Below, one piece after another: positions 19,235 to 29,631 of a DNA stretch of 64,000 nt. Where the stretch lies: NCBI GenBank assembly GCA_947478395.1, contig CANJVR010000001.1, positions 480,001-544,000 of the forward strand, given 5' to 3'. The stretch's first letter is position 1. Each line of letters starts with the position of its first letter. This stretch comes from Opitutia bacterium (GTDB lineage: Bacteria > Verrucomicrobiota > Verrucomicrobiia > Opitutales > Opitutaceae). Both the position numbers and the translations under genes were made by a program. Below the pieces are notes generated by a model, which did not search any database, was not told the origin of the DNA, and was given only the letters and a program-made list of their open reading frames with translations.

Positions 19235-22200
19235 ATGCGCAGAATGCCGGCCGCGCCCCAAACCTCGAAAGACGCCAGTGTGCCAGCGGCACTGGGTCGC
19301 GTCCGTTTCAGACGTGGCCTTGCGGCGGTCGCATTCATGCTGGTGGTTGGGGCCTTGGGACTCCGCTGGCTGGCGGAAACCGAAACCGACCTTCCGCCGA
19401 TGGCCGATTTTTTGCGCGACGCCAGCGACCTTTATCTGCCGGCAGCCCAGGGAGAAATCGCCGGCACCGCCCCGGAGCAGAATCACACACCGGGAGCGCG
19501 GGCGTGGGTGCTGACGGGGTTGAAGGTAAACGGCCATTGGGACGCGCGAGTCCTCGCTGTCGCGCACCTTGCCCTACTCGTCATCGGATTCGGGGTTCTG
19601 GCGGCAATCTTGGAACGCTGCGTTTCCGGCGCCTGGAAAATCGGGCTGACGGTGGGAGGGATCGTTTTGATCCTCATCGTGCCGCTCGTGCCTATAGGGA
19701 CACTCGAAGCACTGAGCTCCGGCGGGCTCGTGGTGCTCTCGTTGTTGCACCTGGGTTTGATGTCACGCTCACGTCCGTCCCGGTGGCTGACGACGCTGGG
19801 GTTTTTCTGCGGCCTGTTGAACGTCTTGGGGTCGACCGCCGGCCTGGCGGCGCCCACCGCATTGGTGATCTGGAGTGGGATTCTCGGTCGGCGAGACCAG
19901 GGCGATGGTCGGGCCCAGCGATCGGTACTTTGGCTGAATTTCTTGCTCGTGAGCATCGGGGTGGGGCTCGCCGTGGTGCGATCGAGTCCATCGACGATGG
20001 ATCCAGCCTTTCTCGCCGCGTTGCCGGTGCTGCTGGCGTGGCCATTTCAAAGTGCGGGCTGGGCCGGCGTCGTATGGGCGCCAGCGTTTTTCGGCCTCCG
20101 GCAAATGGGGCGCCAAACGCAACGCGGCGCGTGGGCGAACCTCTCGTTGCTCGTGCTGTGGGTGCCGGTGCAACTCGTCGTGCTGGCCGCGCTCCACGTC
20201 GGTACCCCGGCTGCCGCGCGGGAGATTCTCCTCGTCGGGCTTTTGGCAAATGCGGCGTGCTTCGCCGTTTTCGCCGTTGAGAATCGGCGCGGGTCGGCGT
20301 GGAAGCAGGTGCTGCTCGGACTTTGGGCGATCGCGATCGTGAACGCGTTGCTCTATCCGGCAACGATCCTGCGCGACAGCGCCAACGCGGGTCCAGCCCT
20401 CGAAGCGCCTCTGACGGCTGCGCTGCGCCGCGCGGCGTTCGACGGCGATGCAACTTTGCTCCGAGCGTCCGGGGCGGTGAGCGAAATCGAACAACGCGAA
20501 TGGCTGAAATTGTTTTCCGACAAAAATCTCCGGCGCATTTTACCGGGTTCAATCCGGCCTCCGCTGCCGATTGCCTCCACCGCGAACGTCGAAAACGGAT
20601 TTCGAGTCGACGGCACGCCAACGCTTCCGGGCCGCGACGGATTGCCGGCGTGGGGCACGTGGTCGGTTTCGACAGCGGGTTTGGGCACCGGCGATTTTGT
20701 GAGCCAACCAATCGAAACGCGCGCGCCGTTTTTACAGATTCGCGTGAACGGAGCGCTGCGACCCCCAGCAACAACGCTCCGGCTGCGAACGGCGGATGGC
20801 CGTGAAATCGCGCCGATGGAGGAAGCGTTTGCCGCCGAGGATCGATGGAAACGCGTGAACTTCATGGCCCCGCGCGGTGCGTTTCAGATCATCGCGCACG
20901 ATGCCAGCCCGACGGCGTGGCTCGCGTTTACGGCCCCGCAAGAGGTGGGCCGGCTCACTTGGCTCGCCGGTAAAATAGTGCGGGCGTGGCCGTGGTGGCT
21001 GGCGGCCGGATTGATGGCAACCGGAACTGCGATGGCGCTGGGCTGGCGCGCGCCCGCCGATTCTTCCACGCAGCCCGTGCGCCGTTCGAACGCGGCTGTT
21101 TCCGGAGTGGCATGGCCGGCGCTGCCGTGGCTCGCGGTGATCGCGTATGCCGTTTTCTTTTCCCACCACATCGACGCGACCGCGGGACCAAACGATTCCG
21201 GCGGATATCTCAATTCCGCGAAGTTGCTCGTCGAGGGGCACGTGACGGGTTCGCCGCGTCTGATTTTCGGCGCGGCGGCGGGCGAGACGGACATCGCACC
21301 TTACCTCCCAACGACGTTTCGCGAGACAGGCGAGGGCCGGATGGCGCCCGAGTATCCGGTGGGTTTTCCGTTGGAAGTCTGGGCCGTCGCGAAACTCAGC
21401 TCGCTCGCGACCGCGGTGCCGGTCGTGATCCTCCTCCAGCTCGTGCTCGGGGTCCTATTCACGCGATGGCTTGCCGGCGCGGTCGGGTTGCCCGACGGCT
21501 GGTCCTGGCTGGCGAGCGGCATCATCGGACTCAGCCCCGTATATCTTTTTCAAGGGTTACAACCGCAGAGCGACGGACCAGCGATGGTGTGGGTGACAGC
21601 CGCGATTTATTGGGCGTGGTCGAGTCGCGAAAAACCGGGGCGCGCCTGGCTCGCGGGTCTGGCGACAGCGCTGGCGGTGATGATCCGCCCATCGAATGCG
21701 TTGGTCGTGGTGCCACTGTTGATTTGTTTCGCGGGACATAGGCGGCAACTGACGGCGTGGGTGCTCGCGGGGCTGCCCGCCGCGGGCTGGCTGCTTTGGT
21801 ACAATCACACGCTTTACGGGAACGCGTTCACGACGGGCTACGGCGAAATCGGCACCGGTTTCGCGCTGCGCTTCGCGCCGCTGACGTGGGGTTCGTACGT
21901 CCGCTGGCTGCCGGTGATGCTGACGCCGGTCGTGGGATTGGCGGCGATGGCGCCGGCGATGAAATCGATTCCAGTCCGATTACGCGTGATGCTGAGCGCA
22001 TGGGTGGCCGTGTTCGTGGGTTTCTACACGTTTTATTGGTGCACCTACGACAACTGGTACAACATGCGCTTCGTGCTGCCCGCGGCGCCGGCGATGGTGA
22101 TCCTTGGTTTGTTCGTGGTGCGCGGGCTGACGGAGCGGATGGGGTTCGCGCTGTTTTCGCGCGGGACGATGGGGCGCGCGACGGTTCCGTCGGTTGTCCT

Positions 22201-22603
22201 CGTCGCAGGGCTGTTGGCTGTGGTCGTGGCGGACACGTGGCGGCGGGACGTGATTTACTGGATGCACGCCAATCGGAATTACGCCGTGGCCGGCGAATGG
22301 GCGCGGACTCACTTCCCAGCCAATGCCGTCGTGTTTGCGAAGCCGATCACGGGACCGCTGGTATATTATACGGATTTAGTGATTGTGCGTTCCGATCATC
22401 CCCAAGCGCAGTCGCGCGAATGGTTGGATCGGATTGCGCGCACTGGGCGCCCAATTTTTGCGGTCACCTCGCACTGGGAGCGGAAAGGATTCAAGTGGGG
22501 TGCGGGCCGCGGCGACGGCTACCCGGATATACCGGGCCGGTGGGAACGACTCGCATCATTGTGCGGCGGAGAAATTCTGACGTGGGCGTGGCGGCCGGAC
22601 TAA
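19235..22603 (+). CDS. Large multi-pass membrane protein with C-terminal GT-C (ArnT/PMT-like) glycosyltransferase-like module
   Basis: Two multi-TM blocks separated by a soluble domain; DSGGY, YPVGFP, SDGP, IRPSN and RFVLP motifs in the second block. Confidence 0.65.
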   Translation: MRRMPAAPQTSKDASVPAALGRVRFRRGLAAVAFMLVVGALGLRWLAETETDLPPMADFLRDASDLYLPAAQGEIAGTAPEQNHTPGARAWVLTGLKVNGHWDARVLAVAHLALLVIGFGVLAAILERCVSGAWKIGLTVGGIVLILIVPLVPIGTLEALSSGGLVVLSLLHLGLMSRSRPSRWLTTLGFFCGLLNVLGSTAGLAAPTALVIWSGILGRRDQGDGRAQRSVLWLNFLLVSIGVGLAVVRSSPSTMDPAFLAALPVLLAWPFQSAGWAGVVWAPAFFGLRQMGRQTQRGAWANLSLLVLWVPVQLVVLAALHVGTPAAAREILLVGLLANAACFAVFAVENRRGSAWKQVLLGLWAIAIVNALLYPATILRDSANAGPALEAPLTAALRRAAFDGDATLLRASGAVSEIEQREWLKLFSDKNLRRILPGSIRPPLPIASTANVENGFRVDGTPTLPGRDGLPAWGTWSVSTAGLGTGDFVSQPIETRAPFLQIRVNGALRPPATTLRLRTADGREIAPMEEAFAAEDRWKRVNFMAPRGAFQIIAHDASPTAWLAFTAPQEVGRLTWLAGKIVRAWPWWLAAGLMATGTAMALGWRAPADSSTQPVRRSNAAVSGVAWPALPWLAVIAYAVFFSHHIDATAGPNDSGGYLNSAKLLVEGHVTGSPRLIFGAAAGETDIAPYLPTTFRETGEGRMAPEYPVGFPLEVWAVAKLSSLATAVPVVILLQLVLGVLFTRWLAGAVGLPDGWSWLASGIIGLSPVYLFQGLQPQSDGPAMVWVTAAIYWAWSSREKPGRAWLAGLATALAVMIRPSNALVVVPLLICFAGHRRQLTAWVLAGLPAAGWLLWYNHTLYGNAFTTGYGEIGTGFALRFAPLTWGSYVRWLPVMLTPVVGLAAMAPAMKSIPVRLRVMLSAWVAVFVGFYTFYWCTYDNWYNMRFVLPAAPAMVILGLFVVRGLTERMGFALFSRGTMGRATVPSVVLVAGLLAVVVADTWRRDVIYWMHANRNYAVAGEWARTHFPANAVVFAKPITGPLVYYTDLVIVRSDHPQAQSREWLDRIARTGRPIFAVTSHWERKGFKWGAGRGDGYPDIPGRWERLASLCGGEILTWAWRPD

Positions 22604-22814
22604 GTTCAAATTTTTGGCCACGAAAAGGCCAAAACCTTTCTTCCCCTTCGGGCTCGGCTCGATTGCGCCGATCGGCGCGCAGGAGATGCGCAGCGGAGCC
22701 GAATTTATCACTGAGTCTTTTCGTGGCCGAAATTATGAATTTTAGAAACGGCCTCGCTCCGGTTGACGTGGCTTTCGGCTTGGCGTTTCCGCGCGCGGCT
22801 GAGAAACCCATCGC

Positions 22815-24176
22815 ATGGCGACCACTCCCGGGGACTCCGGTCCAAAATCGTTTCGGCTCAACCTAGCGCAGCAAATTTTCCTGGCACTCGTGGTCGGCAC
22901 CCTGCTCGGCTGGTGGCTCAACACTCATTTTAACGCGGCGGGTCTGGTCGCCGCCGATCGGACGGCGTTGCTGGCGCGCAAAAAAATCTGGCTCGATTGG
23001 ATCACGCTGCCGCGCGACGTTTTTCTCCACCTGATCAAGGCGATGATCGCGCCGTTGGTTTTTGCGAGCGTGGTGCAAGGCATCGCGGGCACCGGCGACT
23101 TGCGACGCGTGGGCCGCGTGGGAGCAAAGGCGCTGATCTATTTTGAGATTGTGACCGCCGCCGCGCTAGCAATCGGGCTCTTGATGGTGAACCTGATCAA
23201 ACCCGGCGTCGGCATTGTACTCCAAGGCGCAGAGGTGGGTGCGCTCGGCGCGGCGGCCAACACGCAGCCGCTCACCATGGTTGAGACTCTCCTCCATGTT
23301 TTTCCAACGAGCGTCATCGACGCGATGGCACGCGGCGATGTGCTGCAGATCGTCGCGTTTTCCGTGCTCTTCGCGCTCGGCGTGATTGCCGCGGGCGACG
23401 TCGGGCGGCCGATGCTCGGGTGGTGCGAGTCGCTCACGCAGGTGATGTTTAAGTTTGCTGGCATCGTGATGAAACTCGCGCCGGTGGGCGTGGGCGCGGC
23501 GATCGCCGTGACAGTCGGACATCAGGGCATCAGCGTGCTGCTCAATCTCGGTAAACTTGTCTTCACGCTTTATGTGGCGCTCGCGATCTTCATCGTGTTC
23601 GTGCTCGGCGCGGCGATTCGCATCGCGCGGGTGCCGCTGAAGCCATTTGTGCGTGCGGTGCGCGAGCCGTTCACGATCGCGTTCGCCACGGCGAACAGCG
23701 AATCGGCGCTGCCGAAGGCGTTCGAGGCGATGGAACGCCTCGGCGTACCGCGCGGCATCGTAGGCTTTGTGCTGCCGGCGGGTTACACGTTCAATCTCGA
23801 CGGCTCGACGCTGCATCTGGCCGTGGCCTCGGTGTTCGTGGCGCAGGCGGCGGAGGCGACCTCGGGCGTGCATTTTGGCCTCGGGCAGCAGCTCACGTTG
23901 ATGCTCATCCTGATGGTAACGTCGAAAGGCGTAGCCGCCGTGCCGCGCGCGTCACTCGTCGTGCTGATCGCAGCGCTGCATCAGTTCAACCTACCCATCG
24001 AAGGCGCGGCCGTGATTTTCGCGGTCGACGAACTCCTAGACATGGCGCGCACCTCGGTAAACGTGCTGGGCAATTGTCTCGCGAGCGTGGTCGTGGCGCG
24101 GTGGGAAGGAGAATTCGACGACGCAAAAGCGGAGGCGAATTTTGGCGACGCGTCGGTGGCGGCGAGGCGGGTTTGA
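22815..24176 (+). CDS. Cation:dicarboxylate/glutamate symporter (DAACS family)
   Basis: FLHLIKAMIAPLVF, AFATANSESALP, GYTFNLDGS, TSKGVAAVPRAS, DMARTSVNV. Confidence 0.9.
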   Translation: MATTPGDSGPKSFRLNLAQQIFLALVVGTLLGWWLNTHFNAAGLVAADRTALLARKKIWLDWITLPRDVFLHLIKAMIAPLVFASVVQGIAGTGDLRRVGRVGAKALIYFEIVTAAALAIGLLMVNLIKPGVGIVLQGAEVGALGAAANTQPLTMVETLLHVFPTSVIDAMARGDVLQIVAFSVLFALGVIAAGDVGRPMLGWCESLTQVMFKFAGIVMKLAPVGVGAAIAVTVGHQGISVLLNLGKLVFTLYVALAIFIVFVLGAAIRIARVPLKPFVRAVREPFTIAFATANSESALPKAFEAMERLGVPRGIVGFVLPAGYTFNLDGSTLHLAVASVFVAQAAEATSGVHFGLGQQLTLMLILMVTSKGVAAVPRASLVVLIAALHQFNLPIEGAAVIFAVDELLDMARTSVNVLGNCLASVVVARWEGEFDDAKAEANFGDASVAARRV

Positions 24177-24215
24177 GGCCAAGGCGAGCGAACCGCCGGG
24201 AAACCCAAATCACCG

Positions 24216-24857
24216 TTACGCGTACCGGTCTTCAGTCCACGGATCGGCGGTATTGGAATATCCGCGCACTTCCCAGAACCCCAATTTGTCCTCGGTGAGA
24301 AACGCGATCGCCTTGATAAATTTCGCGCCCTTCCACGCGTAGAGTTTCGGAATAATCACGCGCGCCGGCCCGCCGTGTTCACGTGCAACGGGAGCGCCTT
24401 CAAAGGAGGTCGCGATCAGGACGTCGTCATCGAGACACTGGTCGAGGGCGACATTCGTCGTGTAGCCGTCGTAGCTGGTGAAATAAACATGCGTCGCGTC
24501 GGCCTTCGGCTGGACGAGTTCGTAGAGCGTGGTAAACGCGACTCCGCTCCACCGGCAGTCGTATTTGCTCCACGTGGTCACACAGTGAAAATCGCTCACG
24601 TCCTCCACCTGAGGCAGCGCATGAAACTGCGCCCAGCTCAATCTCGCGGGCTTTTCCACCGCGCCGCCTACCGTCAGTTCCCAGTCCGCCGTGGCAATCA
24701 GCGGTTGAATACCGAGGTCGAGCACCGGAAATCCCGCGGTCAGTTTTTGCCCGGGCGGCAGGCGATCGGTCGATCGCGTCGGACGGGCGGAAACGCCGCG
24801 CTCCTTTTGTTTTTCCGCCCATTTTTGTTTCGCCTCGATGTAGCGCGCTTTCGACAT
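24216..24857 (-). CDS. Sulfite oxidase-like molybdopterin-binding oxidoreductase
   Basis: RLPPGQ, DFHCVTTWS, HGGPARVIIP, YAWKGAK, GFWEVRGY. Confidence 0.88.
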   Translation of the reverse strand: MSKARYIEAKQKWAEKQKERGVSARPTRSTDRLPPGQKLTAGFPVLDLGIQPLIATADWELTVGGAVEKPARLSWAQFHALPQVEDVSDFHCVTTWSKYDCRWSGVAFTTLYELVQPKADATHVYFTSYDGYTTNVALDQCLDDDVLIATSFEGAPVAREHGGPARVIIPKLYAWKGAKFIKAIAFLTEDKLGFWEVRGYSNTADPWTEDRYA

Positions 24858-25022
24858 GACGGCACGCTACGGGGACGGAGCGCTCGCGCAAGGATGCGAA
24901 ACGCCATGCCTAAGCTTAGAGCCGGCGAGCGGCGGTCCTGCCTCCGAACGCACCCTCCCGCTGGCGCGTTGTTCCAACGGGCCGGGTGCGTTCAGTCCCG
25001 GCGCCCCCTTTGCGCGCGAAAA

Positions 25023-25595
25023 CTATTTTCCGTCGTCAATGAACTTCACCTTCGGGCGGCTGCGTACGCCTTCGATCTGAAGGAAAAAACTACCGAGAAC
25101 GCCGGGCACGATCGTGACTTTGTGCGGTCCTGCCTCCGGGCCGGTGGAATAGCTGCTTTCAATCACCCGCCAGCGCTGCCCGTTTTCCAGTGCGAAGATG
25201 GTGCCGACTTTCCAGCCTTGAAAATCTCCCACCAGCCGCGTTTCCACTTTCGTGTATTCGATCTCGGTGCCGGGTTTCAGGAGGACCTTGGCCCCCGCCA
25301 GGAAACCGATCCCGGATTCTTTTTCCTTCACCGCCGCGGCGGCCTTGACGTTTTGCCCTTCGCGTTGCGCCGCGACAGGTTTATTCGCTAGCGCCGCAGG
25401 ATCCGACGACGAAGCACGGCTGCGGTATAGTTCGACGAGCGCATCGAGGCGGGCGCGTTCCTCGACCGTCAGTTTGCCCAAGCCGGCCGCCGCGTAGTCT
25501 TCCGGACGCACGACCTGTGAAAATTTTTCCTGCGCGCGTCCGGTTGGTAAGAGGAGCAGTCCGAGGACGAGTCCGGCGAACACCGATCGATTCAT
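25023..25595 (-). CDS. Secreted hypothetical protein
   Basis: Signal peptide; AAAGLGKLT and FQGW...FALENGQRW segments; function unknown. Confidence 0.75.
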   Translation of the reverse strand: MNRSVFAGLVLGLLLLPTGRAQEKFSQVVRPEDYAAAGLGKLTVEERARLDALVELYRSRASSSDPAALANKPVAAQREGQNVKAAAAVKEKESGIGFLAGAKVLLKPGTEIEYTKVETRLVGDFQGWKVGTIFALENGQRWRVIESSYSTGPEAGPHKVTIVPGVLGSFFLQIEGVRSRPKVKFIDDGK

Positions 25596-25705
25596 GATGG
25601 CGACACGAACTTAGAGTCCGATTACCCGCAATGTCATTTCCGCCCTTGCCAACCGATTTGGGGGAGCCTCACTTGCCGCCACCTTTACCCGCAACGACTG
25701 CTCGC

Positions 25706-26191
25706 ATGGCCGGAAAAATATCCTCGCTCCTCGACCCTTCCAGGATCGCGCTCAAAGTGCAAAGCACCCAAAGGACTGCGGCCCTTAATGAAGTGGCCCG
25801 GCTGGTCGCCGCTCACCCGGCCGTCACGAATTTCGATGGTTTTTACCGCGAGCTGCTGGCACGTGATCGGTTGGAAACGACCTGCATCGGTCATGGCGTC
25901 GCCCTTCCCCACGCCCGCACCGAGCACGTGAATTCGATCGCGTTGGTGATTGGCCGCAGCGACACCGGAATTCATTTTGGCGACAAGCCGGATGAAAACG
26001 TCCGGCTACTTTTTATGCTCGGCACGCCGAAGACCAACCCCGGCGACTACCTCGCGGTGGTGAGTGCTTTGTGCAAGCTGCTCAAGGCCGAGGCCAACCG
26101 CACCGCATTTTTTGCCGCTGCCACGCCGGAAGAATTCATCGCGGCGGTCGTCGACGCCGAATCGAAACTGGCTCTGCCGGCGGGCGCGTGA
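25706..26191 (+). CDS. PTS IIA (Fru/Ntr-type) domain protein
   Basis: RDRLETTCIGHGVALPHAR phospho-His motif. Confidence 0.88.
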   Translation: MAGKISSLLDPSRIALKVQSTQRTAALNEVARLVAAHPAVTNFDGFYRELLARDRLETTCIGHGVALPHARTEHVNSIALVIGRSDTGIHFGDKPDENVRLLFMLGTPKTNPGDYLAVVSALCKLLKAEANRTAFFAAATPEEFIAAVVDAESKLALPAGA

Positions 26192-26498
26192 AGGCTGGTA
26201 TCGCGCGGTGTTTCAGGCGGCATTTTTGCAGTTTTGAAACCCAGGCTAAAGCGCCGCGCGCGATGTTCGCGCCGCCGCCTCAAATCGCATCGAAGCCGAT
26301 GCTAAACAGCAGGCGCAAGCTCCGGCAAAGTTCGGGCTGAATCCGAGGTCGAACGGTAGCCACCGAGCCGAAGCACCGGCTCATTTGCCTCGCCGACGCG
26401 ATCGTTGTCCCGACTATCCGTGCCATATTTCCCATGCCGGCCCGCTCATTATCGGCTCGCGTGAATATCATCACCCAACCCATCCCCGCTCCCGCGCC

Positions 26499-27464
26499 AT
26501 GATCCATTCGTTCATTTTCAGCGAAGGCAAACTGGTCAGCCGCGATCTTGAAATCGAAGCGCTGCGGCTCGTGCATGGCGACAAAGGCCTCGTCCTTTGG
26601 GTTGATCTGGATCAACCCACCGACGAAGAAAGCAAGGCGATCCTTGAGGGCGTTTTCGCGTTTCACCCGCTGGCCATCGAGGACTGCCTGACCCCGAGCC
26701 CGCTGCCGAAAATCGAGGATTACGACGACTACCTCTTCATGGTGACGCATGCGGTCGACTTTTCGCGCACCGACAAGTTCGCCACCACCGAGCTCGACCT
26801 TTTTCTCGGCAAGGAATTTCTCGTCACCTTTCACCGCTCACCGCTCCGGTCCGTCACGAGCGCGCTCGAACGCGTGGCCAAAAGTACCGCCCGCGGTCCC
26901 GACCGGCTCGCGCATACCTTGCTCGACCATTTGGTAGACAACTACCAGCCGGTCATGGACGAACTCCGCGGGGAATTGGAAGAGCTCGAGGAAAACGTGC
27001 TTTCCCAAGCGTCCGCCCAGAAAAAACTGGTCAATGAACTGCTGGCCGTCCGCGGCGATTTCTCGCGGTTGCGCCACATCGTGCGTCCGCAACGCGACGT
27101 CATCGACCGGCTGGCCCGCGGTGACAGCAAATTCATCCGCCCGGTCCTGCTCCCGTATTATCGCGATCTGCGCGACAACCTCGCCCGGCTCGAGGACACC
27201 GCGATGAATTATCACGAGCGCCTCATGATGGCCTTCGACATTTACCTTAACAAAGCCGCGTTCGAGGCCAACGAAGGCATCAAGTTTCTCACCGCGCTCA
27301 CCGCCGTCACGCTGCCCGCGGTACTCGTCGGCGGGTGGTACGGGATGAACTTCGACTCGATGCCCGAACTGAAATCGCCCCACGGCTACCTTTACGCGTG
27401 CGCCCTGACCTTAGTTTCAACGCTGCTGATGATCGTTTATTTGAAGAAGAAAAAGTGGTTCTAG
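26499..27464 (+). CDS. corA: CorA-family Mg2+/Co2+ transporter
   Basis: FHPLAIEDC, PKIEDY, YGMNF..MPEL signature with two C-terminal TM helices. Confidence 0.92.
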   Translation: MIHSFIFSEGKLVSRDLEIEALRLVHGDKGLVLWVDLDQPTDEESKAILEGVFAFHPLAIEDCLTPSPLPKIEDYDDYLFMVTHAVDFSRTDKFATTELDLFLGKEFLVTFHRSPLRSVTSALERVAKSTARGPDRLAHTLLDHLVDNYQPVMDELRGELEELEENVLSQASAQKKLVNELLAVRGDFSRLRHIVRPQRDVIDRLARGDSKFIRPVLLPYYRDLRDNLARLEDTAMNYHERLMMAFDIYLNKAAFEANEGIKFLTALTAVTLPAVLVGGWYGMNFDSMPELKSPHGYLYACALTLVSTLLMIVYLKKKKWF

Positions 27465-27545
27465 GATCTTCGGGGAAAGTCTAGCGGCGGCGCTGGTCGC
27501 GGAGATGAAGAAGGCCGCGCGATCGGCTCCCGTCAGAACACGGCT

Positions 27546-28370
27546 TCACGCCGGGACGACGGCCGGCCCCAAAGCTTCGCCGGCGCCGCGGTTGACGGCC
27601 TGACCGGCGGCCACCGGCTCTAGCGGCCACACGGCGACGTCCGCGGCGTTCGAGCTCACGACGTGATCCGGCGCACCACCAGCGCCCTTCAGGCCGGCGA
27701 GATCCAGCATCGTATCGTCCCAGACGGGCACGACGGCGGCGCCGATTTGATAGGGAGCGTGGTGCACACGCCCCGTGAGCAACCGCCCTTGGGGAGCGTC
27801 CCACGCGAAAAGCCGGTAACGTTCCACCAAGAAAAATTCCAAGCTGCCGGGCTGGGCCTCGTGACGTTCATGGGCCGGCGGACCGCGATATACGAACCGA
27901 GTCGCGGACTCGACCGGCCCGGCCCGCCGAGTAGCCCGGAAGTCCACTTCGCCCGTCGCCGGGTCGATCGTCGCGCTCATCGCCGCGTGTTCGTAGGGCA
28001 GATGAAACAACGTTCGCGCCACTTTCACGGCAAGCCACCGATTGCAATCGAGCGAGTAGAACCAAACGCCGGGCCGACCTTCGGCGTCGTGAACGTAAGT
28101 GCGCACATTTAGCTCCAGAAAATCCGAAAAAAACGGAACGGCAGGCAGTCCCCGCGGCCGGACCCGCTGCATAAAAAACGGCACCACGCCGATCCACGCG
28201 CGACCGTCGTGGACATCGACCCTCAATCCCGGCGGGAGCGTGCGTTGAATTTCAACTGGGTCCCAAGCCCAGTGCAGAAACAAAAGATGCCCCCAGGACT
28301 GTCGCATGACCGGCTCTCCGTGGGGACGTGTCCGCTCGGCGAGACGTTGGTCTAGAGTCGGCGTGGCCAT
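27546..28370 (-). CDS. DUF2071 / YqjF family protein
   Basis: MRQSWGHLLFLHW, FLELNVRTYV, GVWFYSLD, FLVERY. Confidence 0.85.
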   Translation of the reverse strand: MATPTLDQRLAERTRPHGEPVMRQSWGHLLFLHWAWDPVEIQRTLPPGLRVDVHDGRAWIGVVPFFMQRVRPRGLPAVPFFSDFLELNVRTYVHDAEGRPGVWFYSLDCNRWLAVKVARTLFHLPYEHAAMSATIDPATGEVDFRATRRAGPVESATRFVYRGPPAHERHEAQPGSLEFFLVERYRLFAWDAPQGRLLTGRVHHAPYQIGAAVVPVWDDTMLDLAGLKGAGGAPDHVVSSNAADVAVWPLEPVAAGQAVNRGAGEALGPAVVPA

Positions 28371-28612
28371 GACGCTAGTGAGACCAATTTTGGCCGAGGT
28401 CGCAACCGGTAGTCGGGTTAATTGTGAGACCTTGAGCGCCTCGAACGAGGTCGGGGGGCGTTAGCCCTCACGCCCCGGCGGGGCCCGCCGGCGTGGTGGG
28501 CAGCGGCGCAATAACCATCCCTCCCTTCGGGACGTTTCCTGCTGAAGAACCTGATGCGGCGATCGTCACACCTGTTCTTGCCGCGCGGGGCGGGCGACTT
28601 ACAACTCAAGCG

Positions 28613-29206
28613 ATGATCGGACTTCAGGAAGGAGCTTCGGCCCGTAAAAAGAAACCCGCTGAACGGGTCTACGCTCTCCGCCTTGCGGTGGTGGGAGCGG
28701 AGCCACGCATCTGGCGACGTTTGCTCGTGCGCGAAACGATGTGGCTCTCCCGCCTGCACGATAGCATCCAGATCGTGTTCGACTGGTTCGACTATCAAAC
28801 CCACGCGTTCAATCTCGACGACCTCCGTTTCGGAAATCCGTTGAAGCGAGAGGACATTAACATCGAGGACGATCGCGATGTCGCGCTCGCAGATCTGGAT
28901 CCGGAGACCCGCGAGCGTTTCACCTACAGTTATCATTTCGGCGAAGGCTGGCAGGTGGAGATAAAAATTGAAAAGGCCCTCGCGCTCGCGAAGGGCCAGT
29001 CCTACCCGGCCTGCCTAGCCGGTGAACGCGCGGGTCCGCCGGAAGATTGCGGCGGACTTGAAGCCTACCACGACATGCTCGCGTGCTTGAAAGAGCCCGA
29101 CACCGACCTCGGCCGGGAATGGCGCGAATGGGTCGGCCCCGACTACGATGCCGCGTCGTGCGATCTGGAAAAAATCAACAAGGCGCTGAAGCGCTTGGGC
29201 AAGTAA
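28613..29206 (+). CDS. pRiA4b ORF-3 family protein
   Basis: PRIWRRLLV, LHDSIQIVFDW, YHFGEGW, GERAGPPEDCGG. Confidence 0.85.
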   Translation: MIGLQEGASARKKKPAERVYALRLAVVGAEPRIWRRLLVRETMWLSRLHDSIQIVFDWFDYQTHAFNLDDLRFGNPLKREDINIEDDRDVALADLDPETRERFTYSYHFGEGWQVEIKIEKALALAKGQSYPACLAGERAGPPEDCGGLEAYHDMLACLKEPDTDLGREWREWVGPDYDAASCDLEKINKALKRLGK

Positions 29207-29631
29207 GGACGCGGTCCGCGACCAGCTCCGAACCTGCGGAGCGTTGCGCGACGGACGCGCTTTGACCCGCCCCTACAACGGTTCAATCAAAAGCGCGTCG
29301 GCGAACGACGTGACCGCAGGCGTCCCGGCCCGCCGCCGCACGAAACGGCCGTGCGTCGATTCAGCTCCAGTCGGTTTTTGGCCACCACGCATCAGTCCCC
29401 ACGAGCGCGATCGACCAGAAAGATAAAGACCCATCCGGATTTTCAAAATTCATCTAAGAATCGGCGAGGTCTTCAATTCCATTTGCCGTCAAGAAATAGC
29501 CGCGCTGAGCCACCGACCCCAGTCCGCGCGTCGAACCGCCTCACGACAAAATATGAGGCCGCCAGCCGCCCAGAGAGTTAAAGATCAATTCTGGTTGTCG
29601 CCCGATGCCAGTCGCGTGACCTTGCCCCGTC

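Noticed and set aside
28613..29206. pRiA4b ORF-3 gene as a sign of an integrated plasmid
   Set aside because: Sits among housekeeping genes with no mobility genes, repeats or compositional shift
29400..29600. AT-richer intergenic patch, possibly a transposase remnant
   Set aside because: Manual translation gave no convincing motif
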